A model generated the notes under the pieces. It was not told the DNA's origin. It saw only the letters and a list, made by a program, of their open reading frames with translations, and searched no databases. 64,000 nucleotides of DNA from Lingula anatina (taxonomy: Eukaryota; Animalia; Brachiopoda): contig CM120647.1 of the NCBI GenBank assembly GCA_051362555.1, positions 4,092,001 through 4,156,000 on the forward strand. Reading direction: 5' to 3'. This document shows, in pieces, positions 1-13,519 of the stretch (the first letter of the stretch is position 1; each line of letters starts with the position of its first letter). Made by a program: the position numbers and the translations under genes.

Positions 1-2051
1 TGAAAACAAAACCCTAGAGCAGAACCTTGAGAACCAGCACGGTTTCCCCAGGGCTGGCTTGAAATGGTTGTAGGAAAGCCAGGTGGCGGCTATCTTCCCA
101 TATCCCCCTGTGACGTACTAAACCTGAGAAAACGTCCCGTAAAAGGTTTGGAAATCTACTGATATTTGTTTTTAAAAATATTAAATGAAATATGACATTT
201 TGTCTAAAAGAAAAACTGAAATCACTTTAATAGAAAAACTTGAATATGGCAAAATGAATATGGAATGCTTGTAAATACTAGCACGCAGTACAGGGTATCA
301 TTACATTGTAACTGTCAAGCTCATACCGCTGTATAATCTAATTTATACAGTATACTTATTCGTTTCACTTAATCGCATATAAATAATTTATTGTCTAATA
401 ACTTGTAACGAAAAAAAAAAAACAACCATCGCATCAAATTCAAATCATTTTATTTCGTTAACCCTAGCTATCAGCTGTTGCATGCCTGTCAGAGTCGCAG
501 AATGCGTACGTCCCATGCATTAACTATTCTTCACAAACTCTCAAACTATAACCATCTACCAACTTCTCATAACCGATAAATCTGCTATTTTTATTGTTGT
601 ACACATTAAATATATACTCATTTCACACCTGGCGTCATCGGGGGGATTGCGGTGATTATTTTTAGTTTTTTTAAAATGTATTTTACTTTGTCTTTTTATG
701 CCTTCATAGCTAAAAGATTTAGATGGTTAGATGTCAATATGAGCCAAACACCCGTTCGTGATATACATGTATGGGTATGGGGCATCTCAGATAATATAAT
801 TTTTACAAAAATGCATTTTAACATGCTGTTGGACCATTGACTTATAACGCAAATGGTGCCATCGGCGTCAATTCGGCGATAATTATCAGTCTCAATGTAT
901 TCACAACTGGCGTGTGAATACATTTAATGTTTTGAACTCATTAATCTGCTTCTCTGTATGTGCCACAATTTCTGTTCAGACCACTGATGTGACTTAAGTT
1001 TGAAATTTAAATAGTTAGATCTGAATCACAGCAGTTGCTACAAGAACACAGATAAGATGCAGACGTCAACCTTATGGTAACAGTAATAAATGTCACTTGG
1101 CGTATTGTGTGAACTAAACAACTGCATAGGCTTCAACTGCACAGGCTTTAAACATACAAAATTATTAGCGCTTGAGTATCAGCAGCGTCTCTATTATTGC
1201 TTGAAAGAGTCAAACAATTCAACCATTTGAGGCCACAAAGCATCCTACATAATTTTTTGCCAATTTTTCCTATGAGGTCCTATAGGGTCATCAATATATG
1301 AATATTGTGTATATACAATAGTTACTGACACAAAATTGGGAATATTATGCAAATTGCTAAAAAATCAGTGCAAACATACAATGAACACCTTAACTTCTCA
1401 AGCCTCGCATGTTTCAGGGCTAAAATGAAAAAATAAATCCACCATTACCAACAACGTGCCGCCTACCAATATATCTCTCTGGGACATTAAGAAAAAAATG
1501 CTTAAATAACTTTTAATAATCTATACAGTGTTATAATGACATTGTGGCAAATAAAAAACTCTAATAATGTGTTTTTTCCTCTTATTGTCTTTCACTCGCA
1601 ACACAACTCTGTAATATTGTCGTATATATGTGCCAAAAGTCGCTTTAATCACAAAATATTTTCGTTGGATTTTTTTTCGGAATTTTGGCACTTCAATTTT
1701 TAAACTAAAATACTGGTCACGTTTCCCTCAATTACCTTCATACAAAATCCCATCATTTTGAGAAAAAAATGCGTTCTTCGAGATATTCTATCCTAACAAG
1801 GGTCTGTTTGGTCAAACCAGATATTTGGATTAAAAAAAGATATCTTCCTGTCCTCTTCCATGAATTAAGTCAGTGAAAAGTTTGCTTAAAAACAGTAATG
1901 GTAGAGCCACTAGGAATTGCTAAGGGAGGAAAGGGAGGAGGAGATTGTACGACAACAGACGGGGACAATTGCACTATAACATGAAGGTGCAAGGATGAAG
2001 AAATTGCTTGGTCTTATCATTATACACTTGGGGTTAGAGAAAAAGTCCAGG

Positions 2052-2096
<45 letters not shown>

Positions 2097-2487
2097 GGGG
2101 TTAGGGGGTGTCCGAGTAACTCTCTCTCTGGGTCAGTCGATGTGTTAGAACATCAATGCCCTGCAGAAATCAAGTGGTTGATGGGACATGCTCTTTATCA
2201 GAGGTCATGCAGCTTAGTGGTGTCGTCAGTTCTGCGCACAATTTCTCACACACAATAACCAATATTGTGAATAGCAATTTTAATTGATTAATAAAAATTA
2301 ATTTAAAAAATACAATCTGTGGCCCTGGCAGAGTGTGGCCCTGGCGGAAGTAACTTGAGTGTACACTTGTCACATCTATCGCAATCTAGGCCACAGCCAC
2401 TCCATATTCGGGAATATTCGATCAACTTCGTAATCTAATCTACATACGCTGAGACAAGAAATCACCCATGGTTGACCAAGTTATAGA

Positions 2488-3441
2488 CTAACATTTTTCC
2501 ACATGAAACGCCAGTCCTTTTAAGAGTGGTGTGCCTTGTACTCCAGATACGTGGTGGAGAGGTCGGCTGGCTTCAAATTCCACATCTGATACATTTAGCT
2601 GCTCATTGGGCCTGTCCACGCCATACGGTCCGTAACTCTGTCGATTGGTGAAGAATTGCAGAATATTAAATACCACCCGACCACGGATAGCACTGTAAGA
2701 AGTCTTGAGGTAAATCCTAAAAGTGGTATTTTACAAATAAATAATATTAAATCAATGAATGAAAAAATAATTATAAAATTATATATGTATGAGTAAAATA
2801 TCGCAGGGGCAGTGTAGTGCCTGCAGCTCGACAATACACTCGTAATATATTTCACGTACAGCTCTGCGACTCGTATTGTATCTATCACATACTAACCTAC
2901 TATAGTAAAACATCTGTCAATCACAAAGTAAGCACTTGTCAGATTTTCGCGGTATTAACTGTGAAGTCGGCACAAGGGTGGCCAAGACCATTGACATGAG
3001 CGCCATCTAGCGAACAAATCGAGTTTTGGTTTCTACTAGTTGCGTTTTGACGACTACTCGTCGTATTTTGCCGTATTTAATCGTGTTTTCAATTCGACGA
3101 ATCTGATAACGACGACGACTAATCGTGTTTTCAATTCGACGAATCTGATAACGACGACGACTAATCGTGTTTTGAATTCGACGAATCTGATAACGACGAC
3201 GACTAATCGTGTTTTGAATTCGACGAATCTGATAACGACGACGACTAATCGTGTTTTGAATTTTTGTATAAACCGCCGCCCATGGTCCTAAGCTATTTCA
3301 CACACATATACACAGACCTGATGATGTTCTCATTCTCGGCGAAGTGTTCTATTGTTTCTTCGCCGCCGAGACCCCCTACAAAGTGACCTTCTCTACCTTG
3401 GTAAAAAAACTGAAGTCTGAAATAAAACGAAACAAAAAGAG

Positions 3442-3525
<84 letters not shown>

Positions 3526-3786
3526 TTTGACATAACATTCCTTGTGAATATACCAAACTTTTGAACCCTAATTGGTGTGAATGAACTCCTTTATAAACTT
3601 TGTAAACTTGTACCAGTCTGCATGATCCGAATTCGATTTCGCGCCATAATTGGCCTCCACGCCATTCAAATCGTAAACCTTTTTAACTCAGAGTAGTTTA
3701 AGTTTAATTAAGTATTCAACATGGCAAATTGAAGTCAGTAAATGTGAAGCAGGTACAAACTAAGATTTCGATCCGCTAATTTAAAA

Positions 3787-3825
<39 letters not shown>

Positions 3826-4608
3826 ATACTAGCCCATTTAACCTTAAAAAGGTACCCCCTTACCCATCTATGAGTGATCCATGTCGAACTTTGAACCCTG
3901 ATATCTTCCCGGCCCCAGCGATAGCAGCGTCATTGAATTGGGAGTCTTCCTCTGTCACTTCACCATAAGGACCGAATATAACGTCACATGGCACTGGCAC
4001 TTGTAATATAATATAATATAATATAATATAATATAATATAATATAATATAATATATATAATATAATATAATATAATATAATATAATATAATATAATATAA
4101 TATAGCATACCATAAAGTAACGTAACGCAACGCCATCAATACAATGCACTACAATACAATGCAATGCAATGCAATGCAATACAATGCAATTCAATACAAT
4201 CGATACAAAACAATACAGTAACTTAACATGAGTATTGTTTTGTAACATTGTATAGGCTCCTCTTTTCATACATGTGCGAGGCAGATTGAAAAAAAAAATA
4301 CCTAAATTCACCCAATCCTTTTCAACAGCATCACGGTCATCCGCGGTGGTATTCCCAGCACTGTTATTAACATAGATCTCACAGGTTTTACTGACACCGT
4401 GGTAGTTAGCTCCAGAACATATATCCTTCCCTCTGCAGAGATCGGCACACTCGACAACACTGGACTCATGCTGAGTGTCAACCACGGTCCCTGCTTCCCG
4501 CAGTCCGCTTGTCACATTGAACCGACCTTCCCTGACAGTGACACTAACTGATGACAAAAAGAAAAGAAAGGTCGCGCCTAGTGCTTTTAGTGCCGAACAA
4601 CAAGCCAT
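2488..4608 (-). CDS. Secreted PAN/apple + jacalin-like lectin, paralogue A (4 exons, 256 aa)
   Basis: Exons 4608-4302, 3999-3864, 3416-3318, 2716-2488. All introns are GT-AG and phases (1,2,2) join to 771 nt ending in TAG. Hydrophobic signal peptide; PAN-like ECADLC..ICSGANY....CEIY; jacalin-like motifs GPYG, HGSLIDG, GGLGG, LQFFTNRQSYGPYG, GVQGTPLLKGLAF. Confidence 0.88.
3078..3262. repeat. 42-bp minisatellite, ~4.4 copies, in intron 3 of paralogue A
   Basis: Unit AATCGTGTTTT(C/G)AATTCGACGAATCTGATAACGACGACGACT. Confidence 0.95.
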
Positions 4609-6254
4609 ACTGTCAAGGAGTTTCTGTGTTCTTTAAATGTGGCATTCACCGCCTAGCTCGCGTTCTCTTCAGAGGCGTGGTCAATCGAAAACGTATTTAC
4701 CGTGTGGCTATGGAAAATTTTCTGAATTGAGGCTCAGATCAAGGCGAGACAAATATGTAACAGGATACAAATCAAAGACGCCTGTAATTAACTTTTATTA
4801 TTGTTGGAATATAGAATAAAATTAAAGCGTTTCCATTGTATGGGTTCTATAGGAACAGGCAAATTGATAGACTAAATTCACGTCATATCCGGACCAAAGC
4901 TTCGATACACTTCCGCACACTAACACTGCCAGCCGGTTACGGATATCGGATACGGATACCGGATACGGCCAAAAATGCAGACTCAAAGAAATGATTGAAT
5001 AGATGTTTTTGACAATGTCAACATATATGCGCGTGAAAAACCAAAGTAATTGTCAGGTACCTTGCAAGTCTATACCTGTACATCCGTGACATTATAACGA
5101 TTTCACATAATTTGACCACCACACAGTCACCAGACGCAGGTGCACGCGTACGAGATTTTCAGGCAGAGAAAGTTTGGGTAAAATTTTTACCTAGGTGCAC
5201 GAAGGTTTCATTGTAAAAGGTCTATATTTAAAAAATTTGATGTGGGCCGGTTTCGTTATAATTTTGACTTACAAAGTCGTCTTCATGGCTAAAGGATGAG
5301 TGCTGGTAACCACTGGCAAAGTGCCCATAGTCAATTTTTTAAAAATAATTCGCTATTAAAAAGCTTTTTGCATATATATATGTTGCGTAAAGAAATATTT
5401 TTTGGTTTGAGGCATCGTTACCTAGTATTTTGAATGCGTTATATGTGGGGGATGTAACCATATATATATATATATATATATAATGCACTTTAATAAATCA
5501 GAACCACTTGTTTCAGCATATATAGTACATCAATGATTTTCTATGATGTGAAATACTTGTGGTGTATCACAAGTAAATGGGAAAAATTGTATTTTTTTAA
5601 TCCTAGAAAAGAGAGGGAGGGGTGGTGTATTACAGTATTTTTTCACAGAAGTCTCCCCTGATTTCACTCCTCTATTTATGAGTCTTGTAACTAGGGCAAC
5701 TTGTTTCAGGATATTTATTCATTTTATGTAACTTTTTCCTGGACCAGCATTTGTTGGTCTAAACTAAGATCTAATAAACAGAAAGATTGGACACTCGGCG
5801 ATTCTTCAAAGGGTAATCCGATTAACTGTGGAAAGACGTTCGTACGGCGGAAGTAGTCAGTCGCGTTGTGATCTTGCGCAGGTAGAGCTCTGTTGCATGT
5901 GGGCGATTTCAAGGTAGGTAAATTACCTCTTTTAGTCTTGTAGTTTCTCTGAGAATGTATGTGCAGAAGGGAAAACTAACAGGGTTCACTAGTGTGTAAA
6001 ATATGCAATATTTTGGAGCAGATATTATCGTGAAAATTTGCCTTCAATCCGTTGTTGCATTCAAATTAGCAATATGGCGACAAACAAGCGAGTTTGAATG
6101 CTTTGTTACCTAAGGTCTAACACGGGGAGTTAAACTTTATGTACGTTGGTTTTTATATTACTGATGACTGAATAACACTGTCGTTTTATTGGTTGATAAT
6201 TTAATTTATAGTAGCTTCGTTTTCTATGAAAATTTAAACAATACTTCGGGCAAT

Positions 6255-6835
6255 AAAGCAAAATGGCGGTGCTGATCATAATCGCCGGGGTTAAAATGCA
6301 CAGCCGAACACGAAAGTGGATCTATACAATGCGTTGGCAGTTCAATTTTGTCCATCTAAAAAAGTAGTGGAAGGTCGTAGGGTCAAACTTAGCTAAAATT
6401 TAGCTTTTTTTCTTAGGAATATTTAACGGTAAAAATGACAATAACACAAGATGGCGGCGACTTTTGTTATCGATGGGCTTCAAATGCACAGCCGAACACG
6501 AAATTAGATCTGTACTATGCATTGGCAGTTAAACTGTGTTCATCTAAAAAAGTAGTAGAAGGTCGTAGGGTCAAACTTAGCTAAACTTAAGCTTTTTTTC
6601 TTAGGAATATTTAACGGTAAAGATGACAATAAAACAAGATGGCGGCGACTTTTGTTATCGATGGGCTTCAAATGCACAGCCGAACACGAAATTAGATCTG
6701 TACTATGCATTGGCAGTTAAACTGTGTTCATCTAAAAAAGTAGTAGAAGGTCGTAGGGTCAAACTTAGCTAAACTTAAGCTTTTTTTCTTAGGAATATTT
6801 AACGGTAAAGATGACAATAAAACAAGATGGCGGGG
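6255..6835. repeat. 188-bp tandem repeat, ~3 copies
   Basis: GCACAGCCGAACACG recurs at ~6298, 6486 and 6674. Each unit carries CAAGATGGCGG. Confidence 0.9.
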
Positions 6836-9665
6836 ACTACAACTGGTGATGTTTTTATCCAGGATTTATAAGTAATGAGAAGATTGCGTGAAAATGTGCC
6901 TCACATCCTTATTATTATTATTTTTTTGTTTTGTTTTCAGATGCCATTAAAATGGGTCAAGGCCCGCAGGAGAAAAAATAAAGAGCAAAATCTGGCAGCA
7001 AAATCAAAAGGTAAGCTTTCTGGTCTATAACTAGAACTTTTTAGTTTATGGAGTTGAAAGTAAAATGTCTTACATACATGGGCACTATCAATCTGTCCCT
7101 TGTGTTTCATGCTCAGTAAGATATTTCCACTGTACCGACAACATTATTACCAGTATCGGATTTCCACTGTACCAACAACATTATTACCAGTATCGGATAC
7201 AAAAAGGCAGGTGCAATCACCACAGTGGATTGAGTGGAATTATACAAATGACAAATAATAAGAGACTAGCACATGTCAGAACCTTTTTAACAGTAAAATA
7301 TTATTTTATTATTTCGGGTGAATGTCATAATGCAAGTGTTGCAGATGATTTAGATGCACCACTGTCAAGTTTGCAAAGTGATTGTAAACAATCAAAAAGA
7401 CACACAGATGTATTAAATAAGCAAAATGGTAAGCTGCCCGAAATTAAATATTTAATTTTTGCTCGATAGTTTTACAAGTGCACGAAAAGCTAGGTCAGTG
7501 TTGTCCGTACAGTGAACTTTAACATAACATGAGCAATTAACACGTCAGCATCTTTTTAACTGTGTGATAATATTTTTTTTCAGATATATGTTGCAATGGA
7601 AGTGATTCTGATGACGACGTACCTCTGTCAAGTTAACTCGGTGCTACTCAAGAACCTGACAGGCACATTGATATTTCAGCAAATGGACCACCTTGAAACT
7701 AGCCATATGTTGTTCTTCATGAAAAACAAATATATCACTATAAATTGTCTCCCTTCTGTAAACTCTGAAGTTTAGTTTACTGTCAAGTCTAGGTTGGAAT
7801 TAGTCAGTAGTGCTCTTAACAATAGATAAATATTATCATCACGTGCATAATTTTTATTGAATGAGATATTAATGTTGAAACAAGTCAAAATAGGGGGAAA
7901 ATGCTATAATTCTTTGTCATGTGAAACTAGTACTCCTAAATAAATTACCTATCTGTTGTGATTGTGTAACAGTCAGTGGTATCTAAAGGTGTTAACATTT
8001 TTATTTGCATTTCAATATCTGTGCCTTATTAAATCTATAATAAAATGCTTATGAACAGAATATGACTTGTAGGCTATTATGTTACTATATCAGCCAGAAA
8101 TGAATAATCAGTTTTAAATGCTAAATCTGATGAAATATTGATCATTTTTAGCAATCATCTTTTATTTAGTCATTTTTAGTGAGATGGCAAACAAAATTGT
8201 TACACATATTGTTCTTCCAATACATTCTGTGGAAGATGTTTCAAAACAGATTTTGCAGAGTTTAAAAATATGTGCATGATTATGAAGTCGCACGCAAGGA
8301 AACTATATTGCATGTGTTCTTTATAAATATGAAAAACGAGTTTACTTTGTTTTGATTGTCAGTATAAAGATATGTCTTACCTTTCACTATCATTATGAAG
8401 TAGGTACCCAGATTAGTGTTTGTGAAAGTGAAATTAAAAACTACTTTTTCTTAAAGGATTTTTTTTCAGTCCTTTTTGTTTCACTGATTTGCTACGAATA
8501 TTCTGGTGAATTTAAATTGATTGTGCTCTAAAAGAATGACCGCTAATAGTGACAAAGTTTTACAAACATGCATAATAGATCAAGTTTCTGTTTTGGTGTA
8601 GCTTCACCATTCAGTTTCTCCCAGTGATTAGCATGACCTTATTGTCCAAAACAGCGGCATCGAATATCACTATCTGTTACGTTGATGATCTCGTCACGTT
8701 TCCGGCTATATCTCCACGTTGAGTCAATTTCTATAAAATGGCAGCTGTTGTTACAGGTAGTGCGCTATTGGGTATTGCCTCCTCTGAATATAAAGTATTA
8801 AGACAACTACGAAATGTAAACAAACTGTACATCTTTAGAACTTTTTAATAAAAAAACTCCACGTGTGCCATTGCTTATCCAATATGGCGGATCTACTTGA
8901 CGACGATGTGGCGTCCGCGAGAATGCACGAGAAATCGCGCTATTCGCTAAACACGGGTTAGGTACAATGGGGATTAAAATTAAGCCCGGCTATCAAAACA
9001 ACTTAAGGGGAACAATAGAGCAATGTTTACCCGTACGAACGTCTGGTCAAAGGGAAAATGCCGCTGTCCAATCTTTCTGTTTATTAGATCTTAGGTCTAA
9101 ATAACTGTATTGAGAACCAATTAATATACATTGTGTAAAATGCTCTGTAAAGAATAGTAAAAAAAAAAAAACGCTGAAAGCCGTTACAGTACGAAAAATA
9201 TCATTTATAAAGGCACTCTTAATAGCTTTTTGGAATATTTTCAATGACCATAAAATATACAAGGTATAAATTCTCCCAAAATAATGATAAGGTAAAGATA
9301 AAAACTGAATGAAAATGAAATATACACCATAACAGTTATTGCTAATGATCTGTATGACAGTGAAATTAATTCATCAAAAAAAGTACTTCATGTTATTATA
9401 TGAGTGTTATGGACCTTGTATAGAACGCACTGCAATAGTTACATTATATAAAATATAAAAATATGAGAATAAAGAAATGTATAAGAAACAATGGATAATC
9501 AATCCGGTTTGCTGTCCAAAACAATTCTGATCTCGTTTATACTATCATCACTTTATGTTGGTAAATATGAGGCATATAAACAGCCTTCTCCACAACATAA
9601 TTTTCGATTGTATCCCAGCCTTTTGGCAAACCCTAAATACCACAGATCTGAAGGGATATGTGCAC

Positions 9666-9812
9666 CCCCAGCAGGCATTGTTGCGTTGGATTAACGTTGA
9701 AAACAGGTTGATACGTTGAATTGCCGTTCATCTACCTAAATTCAACGTCAAATCAACGTTGATCCAGCCACGTCGAAACACCGTCATAATGTGACGTTGA
9801 CACAACGTTGTG
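9666..9812 (+). mobile_element. Fragment of a CCCAG-terminal DNA transposon end with AACGTTG repeats
   Basis: Begins CCCAGCAGGCA followed by multiple (A)ACGTTG subterminal motifs, as in animal EnSpm/CACTA-like non-autonomous elements. The other end was not found. Confidence 0.4.
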
Positions 9813-10135
9813 TTTTGGTCAATGACACAACCTTGCAGTTATGGATTGTAATTTAAAATATTAATTATTGAAAACGTGATACTTTGTTTATCAATACTGT
9901 AACTAAATTTATCAAAATAATAACAAAATGGTTTTAAAGTAAAAGTAATAGTTGTTTTGTGTCTTTAGTTAAGTAGTGAATTTTCTTAACTTGTTATTCA
10001 GAAATACATTCCAATAAACTGAATTCCTTGCAAGGTCAGCTAACATTAGGACGAATAAGTTGCTGTAAATGTGATGGAGTTAACAGTTCTTGGTAACCTG
10101 TTATAGATAGATAGGTTGAGGTAACAGTGACTTTG

Positions 10136-10164
<29 letters not shown>

Positions 10165-10168
<4 letters not shown>

Positions 10169-10410
10169 AACTACGACGTATAATCGTGTTTTTAATTCGT
10201 CTGAACTGATAACTACGACGTCACTTCAACATAAGGACCGAATCATGGCGCTGGCACTTATAATATGTAATGTAATGCAATGCAATGTAATGTAACGTAA
10301 CGTAATGTAATATACCATAACGAAACGTAACGCAACGCCAAGCTGTACAATACAATACAATAACGGAACGTAATGTAAGTATTGTTTTGTAACATTGTAT
10401 GCTCTTTCAA
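10165..10410 (-). pseudogene. Deleted relic of a PAN-jacalin gene (intron 1, exon 2 start, fused to intron-3 repeat)
   Basis: Matches intron 1 (GTATTGTTTTGTAACATTGTA, pentanucleotide repeats) and exon 2 start (GGACCGAAT..GCGCTGGCAC) of paralogue A. Directly joined to the TGATAAC.ACGACG/AATCGTGTTTT repeat seen at 3078-3262. Confidence 0.75.
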
Positions 10411-10498
10411 AAATGATAAAATAATAACACAAGAAAGTGATAAATCACTCAATTATAAGGCTAAATCTACAGTCTAAAAATACATGTGGATCAGTGTA

Positions 10499-11468
10499 CA
10501 ACATTGGTCAAAAAGGTTGTCCCACCTTCAGTGTCATGTGCTTTTATTTATAAATGATCACATCACAGGAGAAGATTGCTATAAATAGTGATTTTCATTC
10601 CAAATACCATAACTAACATTATTAGTCATACAAAAAAAAAATACAAACTAGCGGTGAAGATATCAATATTTAATACCATTTATTCACATTTATTACATGT
10701 GCCCCCTCAAATCCGACGTTTCACTGTGATTTTAACAGAGGTAAAATGTCCATTTAATTGAAATAACACCACCAAATGTGACCAAATGTTCACACATTTA
10801 GCATTAGGGCGTGCTAGTTAAAGGCTCCTTCTCTAATAGCGTTTGTGTTTACCGCGTACTGTAATTACCTCCTGTAGGTGGCGCGGCCTGCCTTCAACAA
10901 GGATAACAATTCTGTTTTCTTGGATATTGTCCCATTCTTTCGAAAGAGCTTGGGGGAGGTTGTCCTGATTATTAGGAGTTACGTTTTCCTTTGCATTGCA
11001 AACTTCAATTCATGCCACGGATGTTTAGTAAGATAAATAACAGGGCTCAAAGAGGGTTGCTCCATCCTCTGAACATTGGGTTTCTGCAACAAATCACTCA
11101 GCAGACGGGAGTTGTGAGCATTTCCATGATGACGCCTGCATTATTCCTGAAGTCACCTCTTGCAAATGGAGTGAGGTATTTGTTGAGAATGTTTCAGTGA
11201 ATTGCCCAAGTATCGTTCTTTTCCGGAAAGAACAATGCACTGAAACCATGGGCTTGAGATTCTCTCCAAACGTGGAATGACCTGACACCTCAGGCGATAT
11301 TATCCGCTAGTTAACCGCTAGTTTGTACTTTCTGTACCACTAATCATGTTAGTTATTGTATCTGAAATGAAAAAATCACCATTCATAGCAATTAACTCCG
11401 GTGATGTGATCATTAATAAATAAAAGCACATGAAACTGGGGGTGGGACAACCTATTTGACCAATGTTG
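10499..11468 (-). mobile_element. Internally deleted, decayed Tc1/mariner element
   Basis: 28-bp TIRs CAACATTGGTCAAA(A/T)AGGTTGTCCCACC flanked by TA. Minus-strand transposase relic QPSLSPVIYLTKHPWHEL..LSKEWDNI..GRPRHLQEVITVRGKHKRY. Confidence 0.88.
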
Positions 11469-11553
11469 TATAAATTTAGAGCGAGGGTCCGAATGTGCGT
11501 GATATATATACACGGTATACCAACTGCGACACCAAGATAAATAGATATATATG

Positions 11554-11655
11554 CATGTGTCACAAGCCAGATCCAATCTAGTCCACCTCACAATAGGGAT
11601 GTGGTCTGGGCTACTTAGGAAGTGAGCTAGATTGGGATCTGGCCTGTGACATGTG
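11554..11655. repeat. Small foldback element / hairpin
   Basis: CATGTGTCACAAGCCAGATCCAATCTAG ... CTAGATTGGGATCTGGCCTGTGACATGTG. Confidence 0.6.
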
Positions 11656-13341
11656 TCAAACAGTTGAAATAGCACATATGGAACACTAGCTGGCTGGCAG
11701 GCAGGTGGCAAGCATCGGAGAGGACAAGACAAACGTAAGGTTTGTATGAAATTACTGGAGGTTTGAAAAATTCAGTTCAAGTTGATATCAGTGTGACCAT
11801 AGACAGCTTTCAGTCACCCCCCCCCCCCCCCCCCCAGGTCGATTCAAAAGATAGACACTCCCTTTCTGGTCTATATACAAAATGAAAACGTGTAGGGCAG
11901 GAATATCTGGCATATGAATGGGGATTCATAAAACTGTCATTATGAATGTGAATGGGCCCTCGAGAAACAGAAGGGCACTACACACAACACTATACAGATA
12001 GAGACGTGTTTGAATGTAGGTCAAGGAATCCAATTAAAACTGATTCTTGTGTTCCAGGGGAGATGACAGGAATTGCGACATGTATAAAATATAAATCATC
12101 CACCCTGGGCCAAACACTAGATACCACCCACGGTGTCGAGGCAATCCGCGATTCCCATCCCAATTCTATCTATATTATATTTCAGATCGTTTTAAAGCAA
12201 TAATAACTCTTCCTTTGATATTCAAATTGCATTCTAAACAACACATAGACATATATTATATTGCATTTCACCACTAAAACGGATGTTATTGTAGTAAAAC
12301 AAAAAAAATGTGCTTGTCAATAGGGCTTTCGGTGCCTTTCTTCCCGGTCGTCAAGGCATCCGTTGCCAAGGATGTTGGCGCATCACGCGGATTCTCGCGT
12401 GCATTCGAGACCAAAATAGCATGTGGCGGGATAAGATATAGCAGGCGCATGACACAATCCTCAGACGTAAGTTGCGAGTTTTTGTACAGTGTGTCGGATA
12501 ATGAAAAGCCCGGAACTTCACACTTTGTAGAAATAAATGCATTCTGAGCAATAAGACGATAATATCGTATGGATCTTATTTTATTGTAATAAAGTGTTGT
12601 TGTTGTCTGCTTTCCCGCGGTTTTAAGTAGGTCATCAGAAAACCCCGCTCGTCAGAGAGGGCTCCGTCAGTTAAAATCTCTTAAGAGATTTTGACAAAAA
12701 ACCAAGCGTTTAGGCAAAAAACCCTGGACTAACTTTGAATACAGAAATGGGGTCGCTGACCATTGGTAAGTACGGGAAAATTGCCAAAACGAAGAGTTAT
12801 TATGACTTTAACTACCTAAAAGAAACTGCATTACAGTTGCAAATTGCGTTTACATATTTCTTTGGCTGTAAACTGCGGCTTAACAACTTTCGTGTGGAAT
12901 GACTTTCCAGGCTGTGGCTGGGATTAGCTAATTTACGCTCTCATCTTTGCATTAAAACCAAGTAACAGGATATCAATTAAGTGCTCGGGTGAGGCGGAAG
13001 CATTATAAGCAATATACTTGAGGGACAAGCCACTTTGGAACTTAACTTTTTCAATTAATCAATTTTTTTCTATATAAATACCATATCATAGACGAACACC
13101 AGTGAAGACAATATATTCATACGGCTACAATATCCTGCAAGCCCGTTGACATCACAAATCAACCAAGTTAATTAACAAGTAATCCCCCCCCCCCTGCACG
13201 CCATATTAGCAGGTTTCCAAAATAAAGACCGCAGATAATACAGAATTCCAATAAATTCATTCATACAAGTTTGTTAATATAATTAAAACGTACAGTTTAT
13301 TTTGCTGGATAATACTTACAGTACAAAAAACATAATATTTG

Positions 13342-13378
<37 letters not shown>

Positions 13379-13519
13379 GCTTTCTTTCAAAATGTAGGGC
13401 CAACAATACAGGTACGTTTTACCATCATCCCATGAAGTCGCAAACAATATCTTATTTGGAGATGAAGTCGCATTTTATCCTATGAAGTCGATTTGTCAGT
13501 AAAATCAAGGCAGTTACCC

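Noticed and set aside
3078-3262. Regularly spaced repeat as a possible CRISPR array or repeat protein (ORF 3040-3291)
   Set aside because: Head-to-tail 42-bp units with no unique spacers, eukaryotic intron context, no cas genes.
3955-4301. Hydrophobic YYIIL tail of the 217-aa ORF as a membrane anchor
   Set aside because: It is read-through into the intron 1 microsatellite. Paralogue B has a stop at 25090 and both copies have good splice sites.
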